Part shown: positions 1-9,553 of the stretch, one piece after another
Position numbering within the stretch: position 1 is the first letter of the stretch
How the letters are laid out: each line of letters starts with the position of its first letter
Assembly: GCA_003166955.1 (NCBI GenBank)
Contig: PMUI01000105.1
Location: 46,048-110,047, forward strand
DNA from: Acidobacterium sp.
GTDB taxonomy: Bacteria > Acidobacteriota > Terriglobia > Terriglobales > Acidobacteriaceae
DNA: 64,000 nt
Direction of reading: 5' to 3'
Notes under the pieces: generated by a model
Told to the model about the DNA's origin: nothing
The model's input: only the letters and a program-made list of their open reading frames with translations
Database searches by the model: none
Position numbers and translations under genes: made by a program

Positions 1-264
1 TTGGTGGCGCAGTCGTTCGGATCGCGGAGTTCGGTGACGATGCACTTCGGCGCGACGCGGGTGGATCTGGCCGCCTGGGCCGCCGCGCGCGGCGGGACGG
101 CGGAGGATTCTGTGGTGCTTTGCTCGGTGGAGAAGCCGGCCGAGATCGCCGATTTGTTGGAGGCGGCGAGCCGGGAGGGGCTGGAGGTGCTGGACGTGAC
201 GCTGCAGCGGCCGAATCTTGAATCGGTTTTCCTGGCGCTGACAGGGAAGGAACTGCGCGCATGA
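1..264 (+). CDS. ABC transporter ATP-binding subunit, C-terminal fragment (5' end outside window)
   Basis: Open frame from window edge. Tail ...LQRPNLESVFLALTGKELRA is typical of ABC-2 exporter ATPases. Stop overlaps the next start (ATGA at 261-264). Confidence 0.6.
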   Translation: MVAQSFGSRSSVTMHFGATRVDLAAWAAARGGTAEDSVVLCSVEKPAEIADLLEAASREGLEVLDVTLQRPNLESVFLALTGKELRA

Positions 265-1577
265 TCGGAGCGATTCTACAGACGAGCTTTCGCGCGCTGA
301 GGCGGGATCGCGGCGCTTTCGTGATGTCGTTCATCCTGCCGATTGGGTTCTTTACGATTTTTGGATTTGTGTTTGGGAGCATGCGCGGGTCGTCGACGCC
401 GCGAGTGACAGTGCTGGTAGTGGATGAAGACCACAGCGACACGTCGCGCGCGCTGGTGCGGGGGTTGCTGCGGGAGCCGTCACTCGATGCGATGACGCAT
501 GCGAGGGCGACGAAGGAGAATTCGTCGCCGGCGGACTATACGGCTGCGACCGCGGAGGCGGCGGTTCGCAGCGGCGATGCGCCGGCGGCGCTGATTATTC
601 CGGCGGGGTTCGGGGCCAATCCGATTGCGTTTGGGCCGGGCGGGCAGAGAGCGACGTTTCAGATTCTGCACGACAGCGCCGATCCGGTGGCAGCCCAAGT
701 GGTGGCCGGAATGCTGCAGAAGACGGTGATGACATCACTGCCGGCGACCATGGCAACGATGGGCTCGCAGTATTTCGATCGGGAGATTGGCGGGCTGACG
801 CCAGAGCAGCGGAAACAGATGGAGCTGGGGCTGGCTCGGCTGCGGCAACAGCAACAGCAGGACGCACCGGCAAGCGCGGGGGGGCAGCAGGGGCAAGCGG
901 CGGTGAGTTCGGCGGATGACCAGAGCGGGATGGTTGCGGTGCATGTGCGCGACGTGGTGGGCGAAAAGAAGAAGAGCCCGATGATCTCGTATTACGCCGC
1001 GGGCGTGGGCGTGATGTTCCTGATGTTTACGGCGAGCGCGGCGGGCGGGAGCCTGCTGGATGAGTCGGAGAGCGGGGCGCTGGATCGAGTGCTGTCGGCG
1101 CGGGTGACGATGACGACGCTGCTGGCGGGGAAACTGATCTATTGCGCGCTGCTGGCGTTTGCGCAGCTGACGCTGATGTTTCTGTGGGCGGCGCTGGTGT
1201 TTCACCTTGATTTTTTCAGCCACATTCCTGGATTCATGGTGATGACGGCGATCACGTCGTTTGCGGTGGCGTCGTTCGGAATGTTGCTGGCGAGTGTGGC
1301 GCGGACGCGGGGGCAGCTGGGGGCTTTCTCGACGCTGATCATACTGACCATGTCGGCGCTGGGCGGCAGCATGTTTCCGAAGTTCATCATGTCCGACACG
1401 ATGATCAAGGTTGGGTACTTCACGTTTAATTCGTGGGCAATCGAGGGGTACCAGAAGATCTTCTGGCGCGATGAACCGATTCGCAGTCTGGGGCCGGAGG
1501 CCGCAGTGCTGGTGACCGCGGGCGTGGTGCTGTTCCTGCTGGCGCGGTGGTTTGCGCGGAAGTGGGAATACAGCTAA
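261..1577 (+). CDS. ABC-2 type transporter permease
   Basis: 438-aa ORF with an N-terminal TM helix, a large loop carrying a Q-rich low-complexity insert, and a C-terminal cluster of TM helices. Translationally coupled to the upstream ATPase. Confidence 0.75.
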   Translation: MIGAILQTSFRALRRDRGAFVMSFILPIGFFTIFGFVFGSMRGSSTPRVTVLVVDEDHSDTSRALVRGLLREPSLDAMTHARATKENSSPADYTAATAEAAVRSGDAPAALIIPAGFGANPIAFGPGGQRATFQILHDSADPVAAQVVAGMLQKTVMTSLPATMATMGSQYFDREIGGLTPEQRKQMELGLARLRQQQQQDAPASAGGQQGQAAVSSADDQSGMVAVHVRDVVGEKKKSPMISYYAAGVGVMFLMFTASAAGGSLLDESESGALDRVLSARVTMTTLLAGKLIYCALLAFAQLTLMFLWAALVFHLDFFSHIPGFMVMTAITSFAVASFGMLLASVARTRGQLGAFSTLIILTMSALGGSMFPKFIMSDTMIKVGYFTFNSWAIEGYQKIFWRDEPIRSLGPEAAVLVTAGVVLFLLARWFARKWEYS

Positions 1578-1684
1578 TTAGCCGGGAACCGGAATACCCG
1601 TAGGACCAGGCGACGGCGCTTCGCTGGCTTCCCGATACTCAACTCAGCGGCTCGTCAGGACCGACCATGTTCGCATGATCAATC

Positions 1685-1954
1685 TCAGGCGCCGAAACGT
1701 TCGGCGGAGCGGGCTTTGGCTTTAGCAGCTTCTTCTTCGCGGTTCTTCGGCGGGGCGTTGGTAGCGAGGGAGTGGAGGAGGCGCGAGGAGCTGGTGGCGA
1801 CTTCATCGATCGCGGCCAGGAAGGCGGCTTCGTTGGCCTGGGAGGGCTTGTTGAAGCCGGTGATCTTGCGGACGAACTGCAGCGAGGCGGCGCGGATTTC
1901 GTCGTCAGTGACGGGGGGATCGAAGTTGAAGAGGATTTTTATGTTGCGGCACAT
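1685..1954 (-). CDS. DUF2277 domain-containing protein
   Basis: 89 aa. MCRNIKILFNFDPPVTDDEIRAASLQFVRKITGF...APPKNREEEAAKAKARSAERFG matches my recollection of the DUF2277 family. Confidence 0.8.
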   Translation of the reverse strand: MCRNIKILFNFDPPVTDDEIRAASLQFVRKITGFNKPSQANEAAFLAAIDEVATSSSRLLHSLATNAPPKNREEEAAKAKARSAERFGA

Positions 1955-1974
1955 GGGGTTTTGGAGAGGCTCCT

Positions 1975-2685
1975 CTATGCTTTGATTTTCCAGAGGCCGG
2001 TCATTCCCGGTTTTTGGTCCATCGGGGGGTCGTCTGAGTCAATGTGTTGTGCAGCGGGTCCGACTAGGGTCATGTCGCCTCGTAAGACGCTCCAGAACTG
2101 GGGCAATTCGTCTAACGAAGTTCGCTGCAGAAACATCCCGAGCGGCGTACGTTCGAGCTTTATGCCATTCGTCAGTTCGAGCATTTCGCCCGCAGGGGTC
2201 TTAATGGCATTTTCGCGGGCAATCCGCCAGCAGCGGAATTTGTACATTATGAACTTTCGGCCGTCCCGGCCGACGCGTGGATATTGCATGAATATTGGCC
2301 CCGGGGATGTGAGCCGAACGAGTATGGCGACCACGAAAAACAATGGCAAGCAGGCAGCCAGCATGAGGACTGCGCCCCAAATGTCCAGGAAACGGCGCGT
2401 TCTCGACACGCCCCGAGCGCTAGCGTCCGATTGAAGAGTCTTAATTACTGATGCTGCTCTTAAGAGGGAAACAGCGTACAACACCTTCGACAATGCGCCA
2501 GGGATCTCTGCAAGGCCGCCCTCCCATTCTTCGTCGTAGCGAGCGCGGAGCTCTTTCGGCAGCCGGCTAACAGCCGAGTTTTTAAGGTTAGCGGCGATTC
2601 GGGGAAGCCACGCTTTGACCTCGTCCTCAGCCAACTTTCCGACCACAGCCAAGACCAGATCTTTGAGAATTGTCAGAATTCCCAT
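1975..2685 (-). CDS. Atypical, C-terminally truncated bacterial sugar transferase (polyprenyl-phosphate glycosyl-1-phosphate transferase-like) with a novel ~95-aa N-terminal region
   Basis: Internal ATG at 2685 of ORF 1975..3204 (MGILTILKD...). The core LTSPGPIFMQYPRVGRDGRKFIMYKFRCW...LDELPQFWSVLRGDMTLVGPAA...KPGMTGLWKIKA* resembles the PF02397-type domain. It deviates at KFRTM and GPRP and stops right after the GLW motif. The start overlaps the PadR stop. Confidence 0.6.
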   Translation of the reverse strand: MGILTILKDLVLAVVGKLAEDEVKAWLPRIAANLKNSAVSRLPKELRARYDEEWEGGLAEIPGALSKVLYAVSLLRAASVIKTLQSDASARGVSRTRRFLDIWGAVLMLAACLPLFFVVAILVRLTSPGPIFMQYPRVGRDGRKFIMYKFRCWRIARENAIKTPAGEMLELTNGIKLERTPLGMFLQRTSLDELPQFWSVLRGDMTLVGPAAQHIDSDDPPMDQKPGMTGLWKIKA

Positions 2686-2987
2686 GCCAATTCTCCTGAG
2701 CCGGGAAAGTGATCCCGGAATGTGGTCTTGGCTGCACTCAGGCCTAGCCCCGTAAGTCGGTACAGCCGCCTCCGGGGACGCTTCACTTCCGACGCGTCTA
2801 CTTCTTCCCAATGGCTGGTGAGCCAGCCGGATTTCTCCAACCGGAACAAAATCGGATAAAGCGTGCCCGAGGCGAGCTTGGTTGATCGAGCGATCTCTGC
2901 GCCTGACACTTCCGCCTGAGGGCGGGTAAGCAGTTCCCTCAAAACCTTCAGAGTTGGGCCTGTAATTCGAGGTGAGTTCGATTGCAT
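2673..2987 (-). CDS. PadR family transcriptional regulator
   Basis: 104 aa with a winged-HTH signature: GAEIARSTKLASGTLYPILFRLEKSGWLTSHWEE...KRPRRRLYRLTGLG. Confidence 0.8.
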   Translation of the reverse strand: MQSNSPRITGPTLKVLRELLTRPQAEVSGAEIARSTKLASGTLYPILFRLEKSGWLTSHWEEVDASEVKRPRRRLYRLTGLGLSAAKTTFRDHFPGSGELAWEF

Positions 2988-3082
2988 GTAGAAACTCTAC
3001 ATAGGTGATGGGAAGAACGTCAACTCCGCGATGACTTTTGCTTTGACTAAACGGAGTTCGCCGGCGGGGGGCAGAGGGGACG

Positions 3083-3310
3083 TTAGCAGAGCTTTTCGTA
3101 TACATCGCGGATGATGATGCCGCTCCGCAAAAATTTCTGATGGGCTCGTGTGGTGATGCGATTGTGTTCATGTTCCGCCAGGGCGAGATCGAGGGCGAGG
3201 TCAATCGCCTCGGTTTCAGTGGAAGCGTGCAGAGCTTTGCGGACGCGGCTGATCTTTACGGGATCGAGCCGGAAACATTTATCGACAATTCGGACACGTT
3301 TCTTCGCCAT
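3083..3310 (-). CDS. Small ribbon-helix-helix / VapB-like antitoxin-type protein (orphan)
   Basis: 75 aa from the internal ATG at 3310, 5 nt after the glyA stop. KISRVRKALHASTETEAIDLALDLALAEHE resembles type II antitoxin (DUF2191/VapB-like) N-termini. No cognate toxin ORF is adjacent. Confidence 0.4.
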   Translation of the reverse strand: MAKKRVRIVDKCFRLDPVKISRVRKALHASTETEAIDLALDLALAEHEHNRITTRAHQKFLRSGIIIRDVYEKLC

Positions 3311-3315
3311 GGGCG

Positions 3316-4596
<1,281 letters not shown>

Positions 4597-4602
4597 GGGT
4601 TG

Positions 4603-4654
4603 ATTGTAGCTAAGGAGCGGTTAGCTAAAAACCGGTCAGCAAGGGAACGGTTAG
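4603..4654 (-). promoter_or_regulatory. glyA upstream region: TACAAT -10-like hexamer 6 nt from the ATG, plus three 15-bp-phased CTRACCG direct repeats
   Basis: On the minus strand TACAAT (4608..4603) is followed by caaccc and ATG(4596). CGGTTAG/CGGTCAG/CGGTTAG lie at 4618, 4633 and 4648 on the plus strand, exactly 15 nt apart. Confidence 0.3.
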
Positions 4655-4700
4655 CGAAGAGCGAGCGAACTGCGAGCCGTGAGGCGTGCCCGGCTTTGAG

Positions 4701-6392
4701 CTAGTTATGCGGAGGCAGCGGTTCGGGCCATTGGACTACGCCGTATTTGCCGGTTGAGTCTTTGGTGAGGATGGGGGCGTAGAGGCCGAGGAGGTTGCGG
4801 CGCCACCAGTCGCCAGTGGTGTGCTTTTCGTCGAGCGAGGTGAACCAGTACTGCCAGAGCACGGCTTTGACGTAGCGGGGCGGCGCTTGCGGAAAGGGAT
4901 TCGAGCGGAAGAGGGCGAGGACGTCGGGGTCGTTGTCAAGCAGACGCTCTTCGGTGAGAGGGACGATCTCGGTGTTCTGGAAATCGGTGAGCGAGGCGAA
5001 CCAGAGGTTCCAGTCGAAGCGCGGCTGATACGGCGCGTAGATGCCGGGGGCCTCATTGAGAGCCTGGGGTTTGTGGAGGAAGAGATACGGCGTCCATGTC
5101 TGGCCGTCGTTGGAGCCCTGGAATTCGATTTCGTAGCGGCCGCGAGTCATGACGGCGAAGAGGCCGTACTGGTTGGCGATGCGGAAGGGTTCGAGAGCAA
5201 CGATGGGCGCGGTGGGGAGCGGGAAATCGGGCCAGGGCATGCGGAGCATTTCGACGGTGGTGTCGTAGGCGATCCAGGTGAGCGCCACGGCGGTGACCGC
5301 GAGGCGCATGGCGCGCAGATGGGCGCGGAAGCCGCGAACGACGCGGGTCCGGGGAGCGGCCTCGGGGTCGCCCGCCGATGCGGAATCGGATTTGGTTTCC
5401 CACTCCGGCGTGGTGAGGATCGAAAGACGCTCCTGAGCGACAGCGACAGATTCCAGCGGGGTGATGTGTTCGAGGGGATCGCGGAGGCGGCCGGGGATCC
5501 AGGATAGAAGGCTGCGGTCGTCGAGGAGGAGGAAGCCCAGGGCGAGGACGAGGTAGTTGAGGAACGCGTAGTTGGCGGTGAGGATGACGCCGATTTCCCA
5601 GGGCGTGACGATGCAGAAGCAGATGAGGCGAACGCGGCGCGGGAGGAACATCATCCAGACGATGGCGAGTTCCATGATCAGCGTGCCGGCAGCCGTGCCG
5701 ACATGGAACCAGTGCGGAAGGTGCTGGACGTACCAGCCGATGAAGGTGGGCAGCGGGCCGTTCTGGTAGTAGTCGTCCATCGCGGTCAGGTGCCGCCATT
5801 CGGGATCGCCCGAGAGCAGCTTGACGATGCCGGATTCAAAGTAGATGCGGAACCATTCCCACTGGAGGAGGAAGAGAGCGGCGCGTGGCGGTCCGGACTG
5901 AATGCCCCAGCCGGGCCAAAAGCCGCGAGGCGCGAAGAAGAGCGCAAGGAAGCCGGCTTCGAGCAGCATGCCGTCGGACTGATATCCGGAGAAGTCGCCG
6001 GCGGCGGTGACGAAGGACAGGAAGCAGACTAGGCAGACGAAGAAGCTGAGGCGCGGCCAGAGGTTGATGAAGGCGAGGACGGAGGCGATCAGACCGACCC
6101 AGACAACGACCATCATCATGTGGGAGCTGGAAGAGAGCCAGAACAGCGTCGCGGCGTACCAGAAGCGGGAGAGGCCTGGAACCTGCCGCTGGATGGCGTC
6201 GAGCAGATGCGGCGTGGGAAGGATGCCGTTGGGGCCGATCAGGCCTTTGATCTGAAAGACGAGGGCGAGGAAGGCGGAGAAGTAGATGGCGGCCAGCGCG
6301 CGGAGGAAGATCCAGCGCGGGGCAAAGCGATTGCGCGGGCCGGAGTCCGGGTCGAAGAGCCAGCGGAGGTAGCTGCGCGGGGAATGGTCCAT
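4701..6392 (-). CDS. Lipase maturation factor (LMF1-like) family membrane protein
   Basis: 563 aa, polytopic. The N-terminus RWIFLRALAAIYFSAFLALVFQIKGLIGPNGILP and the C-terminal PRFDWNLWFA region match the LMF family as I recall it. Confidence 0.8.
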   Translation of the reverse strand: MDHSPRSYLRWLFDPDSGPRNRFAPRWIFLRALAAIYFSAFLALVFQIKGLIGPNGILPTPHLLDAIQRQVPGLSRFWYAATLFWLSSSSHMMMVVVWVGLIASVLAFINLWPRLSFFVCLVCFLSFVTAAGDFSGYQSDGMLLEAGFLALFFAPRGFWPGWGIQSGPPRAALFLLQWEWFRIYFESGIVKLLSGDPEWRHLTAMDDYYQNGPLPTFIGWYVQHLPHWFHVGTAAGTLIMELAIVWMMFLPRRVRLICFCIVTPWEIGVILTANYAFLNYLVLALGFLLLDDRSLLSWIPGRLRDPLEHITPLESVAVAQERLSILTTPEWETKSDSASAGDPEAAPRTRVVRGFRAHLRAMRLAVTAVALTWIAYDTTVEMLRMPWPDFPLPTAPIVALEPFRIANQYGLFAVMTRGRYEIEFQGSNDGQTWTPYLFLHKPQALNEAPGIYAPYQPRFDWNLWFASLTDFQNTEIVPLTEERLLDNDPDVLALFRSNPFPQAPPRYVKAVLWQYWFTSLDEKHTTGDWWRRNLLGLYAPILTKDSTGKYGVVQWPEPLPPHN

Positions 6393-6457
6393 GGTGTGGA
6401 CGCGTGGCCCGAAATTTCCTTAAGGGAGCTTACCTGCGATGATACGGCGTCTGCCGA

Positions 6458-6922
6458 TCAGGCGGTGCGGGGGCGCATGAAGAGAGTAACGAGGGAGAGA
6501 AGGAAGATGAGGGCGATGAGGGTCTGGGAGATGACGCAGTAGAGGCACCAGGCTTCGAGGACGTGGGCTTCGACGTTGCTGAGGTAGAGGGCGAAGCCGA
6601 GCGCGGGGAGCGCGAAGACAAGGGTGAGGAGGCGCCGGCGGAGGAAGGCACACAGGGCGATGGCGGCGTATCCGAGGATGCCGACGAGCGCGACGGGAAA
6701 GCCGGTGCGCGGTGCGGGGCCGTAATCGGCATCTGGATGCAGGGATGCGCGCACGTGGAACAGGATGCCGTTCACGACAGCGTAGGAACTTCGATTGACG
6801 GTGCCGCAGTCCCAGTGGGCATTCAGGTCGCAGGGCTCGACGCCGGTGGAGTAGTGGACGTGCAGGGCGAGGGCAGAGACGACGATGCCGGCGAGGGCGA
6901 GGACGAGGATCAGATAGCGCAT
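6458..6922 (-). CDS. Vitamin K epoxide reductase (VKOR) family protein
   Basis: 154 aa, 4 TM helices, loop cysteines (EPCDLNAHWDCG) and a CxxC (CLYC) in the last TM. Confidence 0.8.
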   Translation of the reverse strand: MRYLILVLALAGIVVSALALHVHYSTGVEPCDLNAHWDCGTVNRSSYAVVNGILFHVRASLHPDADYGPAPRTGFPVALVGILGYAAIALCAFLRRRLLTLVFALPALGFALYLSNVEAHVLEAWCLYCVISQTLIALIFLLSLVTLFMRPRTA

Positions 6923-6928
6923 GACTCA

Positions 6929-6974
6929 ACAGGGTACAGGGTGGAGGGAACAGGGAACAGATAAGCGTTCAGCG
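6929..6974 (+). repeat. Heptanucleotide-periodic intergenic repeat (ACAGGGN)n + AGCGTTCAGCG, containing a G3N4G3N4G3N4G3 tract
   Basis: acagggt acagggt ggaggga acaggga acagata agcgttc agcg. GGG runs at 6932, 6939, 6946 and 6953. Lies between the VKOR start and the cox III stop. Confidence 0.8.
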
Positions 6975-7019
6975 CGGCCGGTGGCGCGTAGCTGGTGGCG
7001 GGGCGAACCGTCGAGGGCG

Positions 7020-7778
7020 TTACTGGAAGAAGACGAGGAGGACAAAGAGGAAGAGCCAGAATAGGCCCATAGCGTGCCAGTACCAGGCGGTGCAGTCGAC
7101 GGCGATCTGACGCATCTCGACGCGCTTGAAGCGAAACATGGCGACCAGCGCGAACACGAGCGCGGCGATGCCGAGCAGCAGGTGGGCGCCGTGGGTCCCG
7201 GTGACGAGATAGAAGAAGTAAGTGTTGGGATTGGAGGAGAAGAAGAATCCCTGTCCGGCCAGCTGCCGCCATGCCATCCACTGGCCGCCGAGGAAGGCAC
7301 AGCCGAGCACGATGGTGGCGATGAGCCAGGGTGCGGCGCGGCGGACAGCGGGGCGGCCGAGGCCGAGCCACTCTTCCATGATGTCGATTTCGTGGAAGAG
7401 CTGGCGGCGCGCGATTTCGATGGTGAACGCGGAGAGCAGGAGGATAGCAGTGTTGATCCAGAGGATAGGGGGTACGGAGAGCGGGTGCCAGTCGGAGACG
7501 ACGTTGTCAGTGGGCGCGATGTGCACCGAGCTTTGGCGCACGAAGAACGCGCTGACGAGCACGGCGAAGAAGACGAGGTCGGCCGCGAGGACGGAGAAGA
7601 CGGCCATCCGATAGCGGATGAGCTGCTCGCGGGGGCCGTGACGGCGCGAATGGCGGGAGTCCCAGTTCTCGTCGCCTCCGCCGCCGCCCGTCGGTCTGCG
7701 ATCCACCGGTGGCTTGCCGCCGAAGCCGGGGTCTTTGCGTTCGGTTTCGACCGTGTGGCGGGTAAAGGTGGCGGGCAT
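7020..7778 (-). CDS. ctaE: Cytochrome c oxidase subunit III
   Basis: Internal ATG at 7778 (MPATFTRH...). Multi-TM heme-copper oxidase subunit III pattern (FFYLVTGTHGAHLLLGI, WYWHAMGLFWLFLF). Follows ctaD. Confidence 0.85.
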   Translation of the reverse strand: MPATFTRHTVETERKDPGFGGKPPVDRRPTGGGGGDENWDSRHSRRHGPREQLIRYRMAVFSVLAADLVFFAVLVSAFFVRQSSVHIAPTDNVVSDWHPLSVPPILWINTAILLLSAFTIEIARRQLFHEIDIMEEWLGLGRPAVRRAAPWLIATIVLGCAFLGGQWMAWRQLAGQGFFFSSNPNTYFFYLVTGTHGAHLLLGIAALVFALVAMFRFKRVEMRQIAVDCTAWYWHAMGLFWLFLFVLLVFFQ

Positions 7779-7855
7779 GGGGCGCTCCGAGTCGAGTTCT
7801 AAAAGCTTATACCCGTTTTGCCGCGGATGAACACTCCGTTGGACGGCCGACACAG

Positions 7856-9553
7856 TTAAAAAGGTTTTTCGGGCTCCCACTGGGGATGAAAATCACCGGA
7901 CTGTCCAGCGGCGGGGCCGTATTCATAAGGGCGGCTGGTGACTGTGGGATGCGGCAGAGGCGACCACTCGAGGGTGGTGGCGCGCCAGGGGTTCGGGCTG
8001 GCTGGGGTGCCGCGTCGGGCCGACCAGAAAAGATTGAAGAGAAAAATGAGCTGCGCGGCGGCCAGCAGAAAGGCAGACCAGGTAATACCACGTTCGACGG
8101 GGATGAGTCTGGTGAAGGATTCAACGGGGCCGGCGAGCTGCGCGTAGTGGCGGGGTTCGCCGGCGAGTCCGGACAGATGCATGGGGAAGAAGGTGCCGTA
8201 GGCGGCGACAAGGGAGATCCAGAAATGGATTTTGCCGAGGAGTTCATTCATTCTCCGCCCGGTGAGCAGCGGGTACCAATAGTAGATGCCGGCAAAGATG
8301 GAGAAGACTCCGGCCATGGCCATGACGAGATGGAAGTGCGCCACGATGAAGAACGTGTTGTGCAGGTAGGCGTCCAGGGCGGGCTGGGCGAGGATCGGGC
8401 CGGTGAGTCCGCCGGCGATGAAGAAGGAGAGAAAGCCCAGGGTGAAGAGCATCGGCGTGGTGAGCTGCATCCGGCCGCGGAAGAGCATCACGAGCCAGGT
8501 GAGGACTTCTGCGGAGCTGGGCACAGAGATGGCGATGGTGGTGAGTCCGAAGGCGGTGCCCGCGTAGGGGTTCATGCCCGAAACGAACATGTGGTGGCCC
8601 CAGACGCCCAGGCCGAGCACGCCGATGAGGAGGGTGGCGATGATCATCATCCGGTACGCGGGGACGGGGCGGCGGGTGAAGTTGGCGAGGATCGACGAGG
8701 CGAGGCCCATGCCGGGCAGGATGGTGATGTAGACCTCGGGGTGACCGAAGAACCAGAAGAGATGGAGCCAGAGCATCGGCGAGCCCGTGCCCCATGCTTT
8801 CGATCCCAGGGCCTGCGGAATGCCGTTGATGACCATGCCGGCGGGGAGGAAAAAGCTGGTGCCGAAGTGGCGGTCGGCGAGGAGGAGCGCGGCGGCGATG
8901 AAGAGGGCGGAGAAGGCGATGACGGTGAGGCCGGAGCTGACGAGCCACGACCAGACGGTAAGGGGGAGGCGTGTCCAGGTGAGTCCTTGCGCGCGGCAGA
9001 CTGCGATGGTGGCGAGGAAGTTGATCGAGGAGAGAACGGCCGCGAGGCAGAAGAGGGTGATCGCGATGAGCCAGAGGTCCATGCCGGTGGCCTGGCCGGG
9101 ACCGGCGGCGGCGAGAGCGCTGAGGGGCGGGTAGCTGGTCCAGCCGGAGATGGGCGCGCCTTCGGGAACGAAGAAGGCTGCGAGAAGCGTGAGGAGAGAG
9201 AGCGCGGTGATCCAGAACGCGGCGGCATTGAGGCGCGGGAAGGCCATGCGGTCAGAGCCGATTTGTGCGGCGAGCACGAGGTTGGGGAAGGCGCTTTGCG
9301 GCACCACGGTGAGGACGAAGAAGACCATCAGCGTGCCGTGCATGGTGACGAGGGCGAGGTAGTCTTCGGGTCGGATGATGCCGTGGATCGGGAACGCCAA
9401 GTCGGGCCAGGTGCGGTGCAGGCGCATCAGCAGCGAGAGGAGGGTGCCGGTGATAACCGCGATGAGCGCGAGCAGGAGGTAATTTTTCGCGAGAGTGTTG
9501 TGGTTGGTCGTGAAGAGGCGGCGCGGACGCTGAGTGAGGGGCGGGGTGGTCAT
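7856..9553 (-). CDS. ctaD: Cytochrome c oxidase subunit I
   Basis: About 565 aa from the ATG at 9553, which overlaps the coxB stop as ATGA. Motifs: HLFWFFGHPEVYI, VWGHHMF, FIVAHFHLVM. Confidence 0.95.
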   Translation of the reverse strand: MTTPPLTQRPRRLFTTNHNTLAKNYLLLALIAVITGTLLSLLMRLHRTWPDLAFPIHGIIRPEDYLALVTMHGTLMVFFVLTVVPQSAFPNLVLAAQIGSDRMAFPRLNAAAFWITALSLLTLLAAFFVPEGAPISGWTSYPPLSALAAAGPGQATGMDLWLIAITLFCLAAVLSSINFLATIAVCRAQGLTWTRLPLTVWSWLVSSGLTVIAFSALFIAAALLLADRHFGTSFFLPAGMVINGIPQALGSKAWGTGSPMLWLHLFWFFGHPEVYITILPGMGLASSILANFTRRPVPAYRMMIIATLLIGVLGLGVWGHHMFVSGMNPYAGTAFGLTTIAISVPSSAEVLTWLVMLFRGRMQLTTPMLFTLGFLSFFIAGGLTGPILAQPALDAYLHNTFFIVAHFHLVMAMAGVFSIFAGIYYWYPLLTGRRMNELLGKIHFWISLVAAYGTFFPMHLSGLAGEPRHYAQLAGPVESFTRLIPVERGITWSAFLLAAAQLIFLFNLFWSARRGTPASPNPWRATTLEWSPLPHPTVTSRPYEYGPAAGQSGDFHPQWEPEKPF

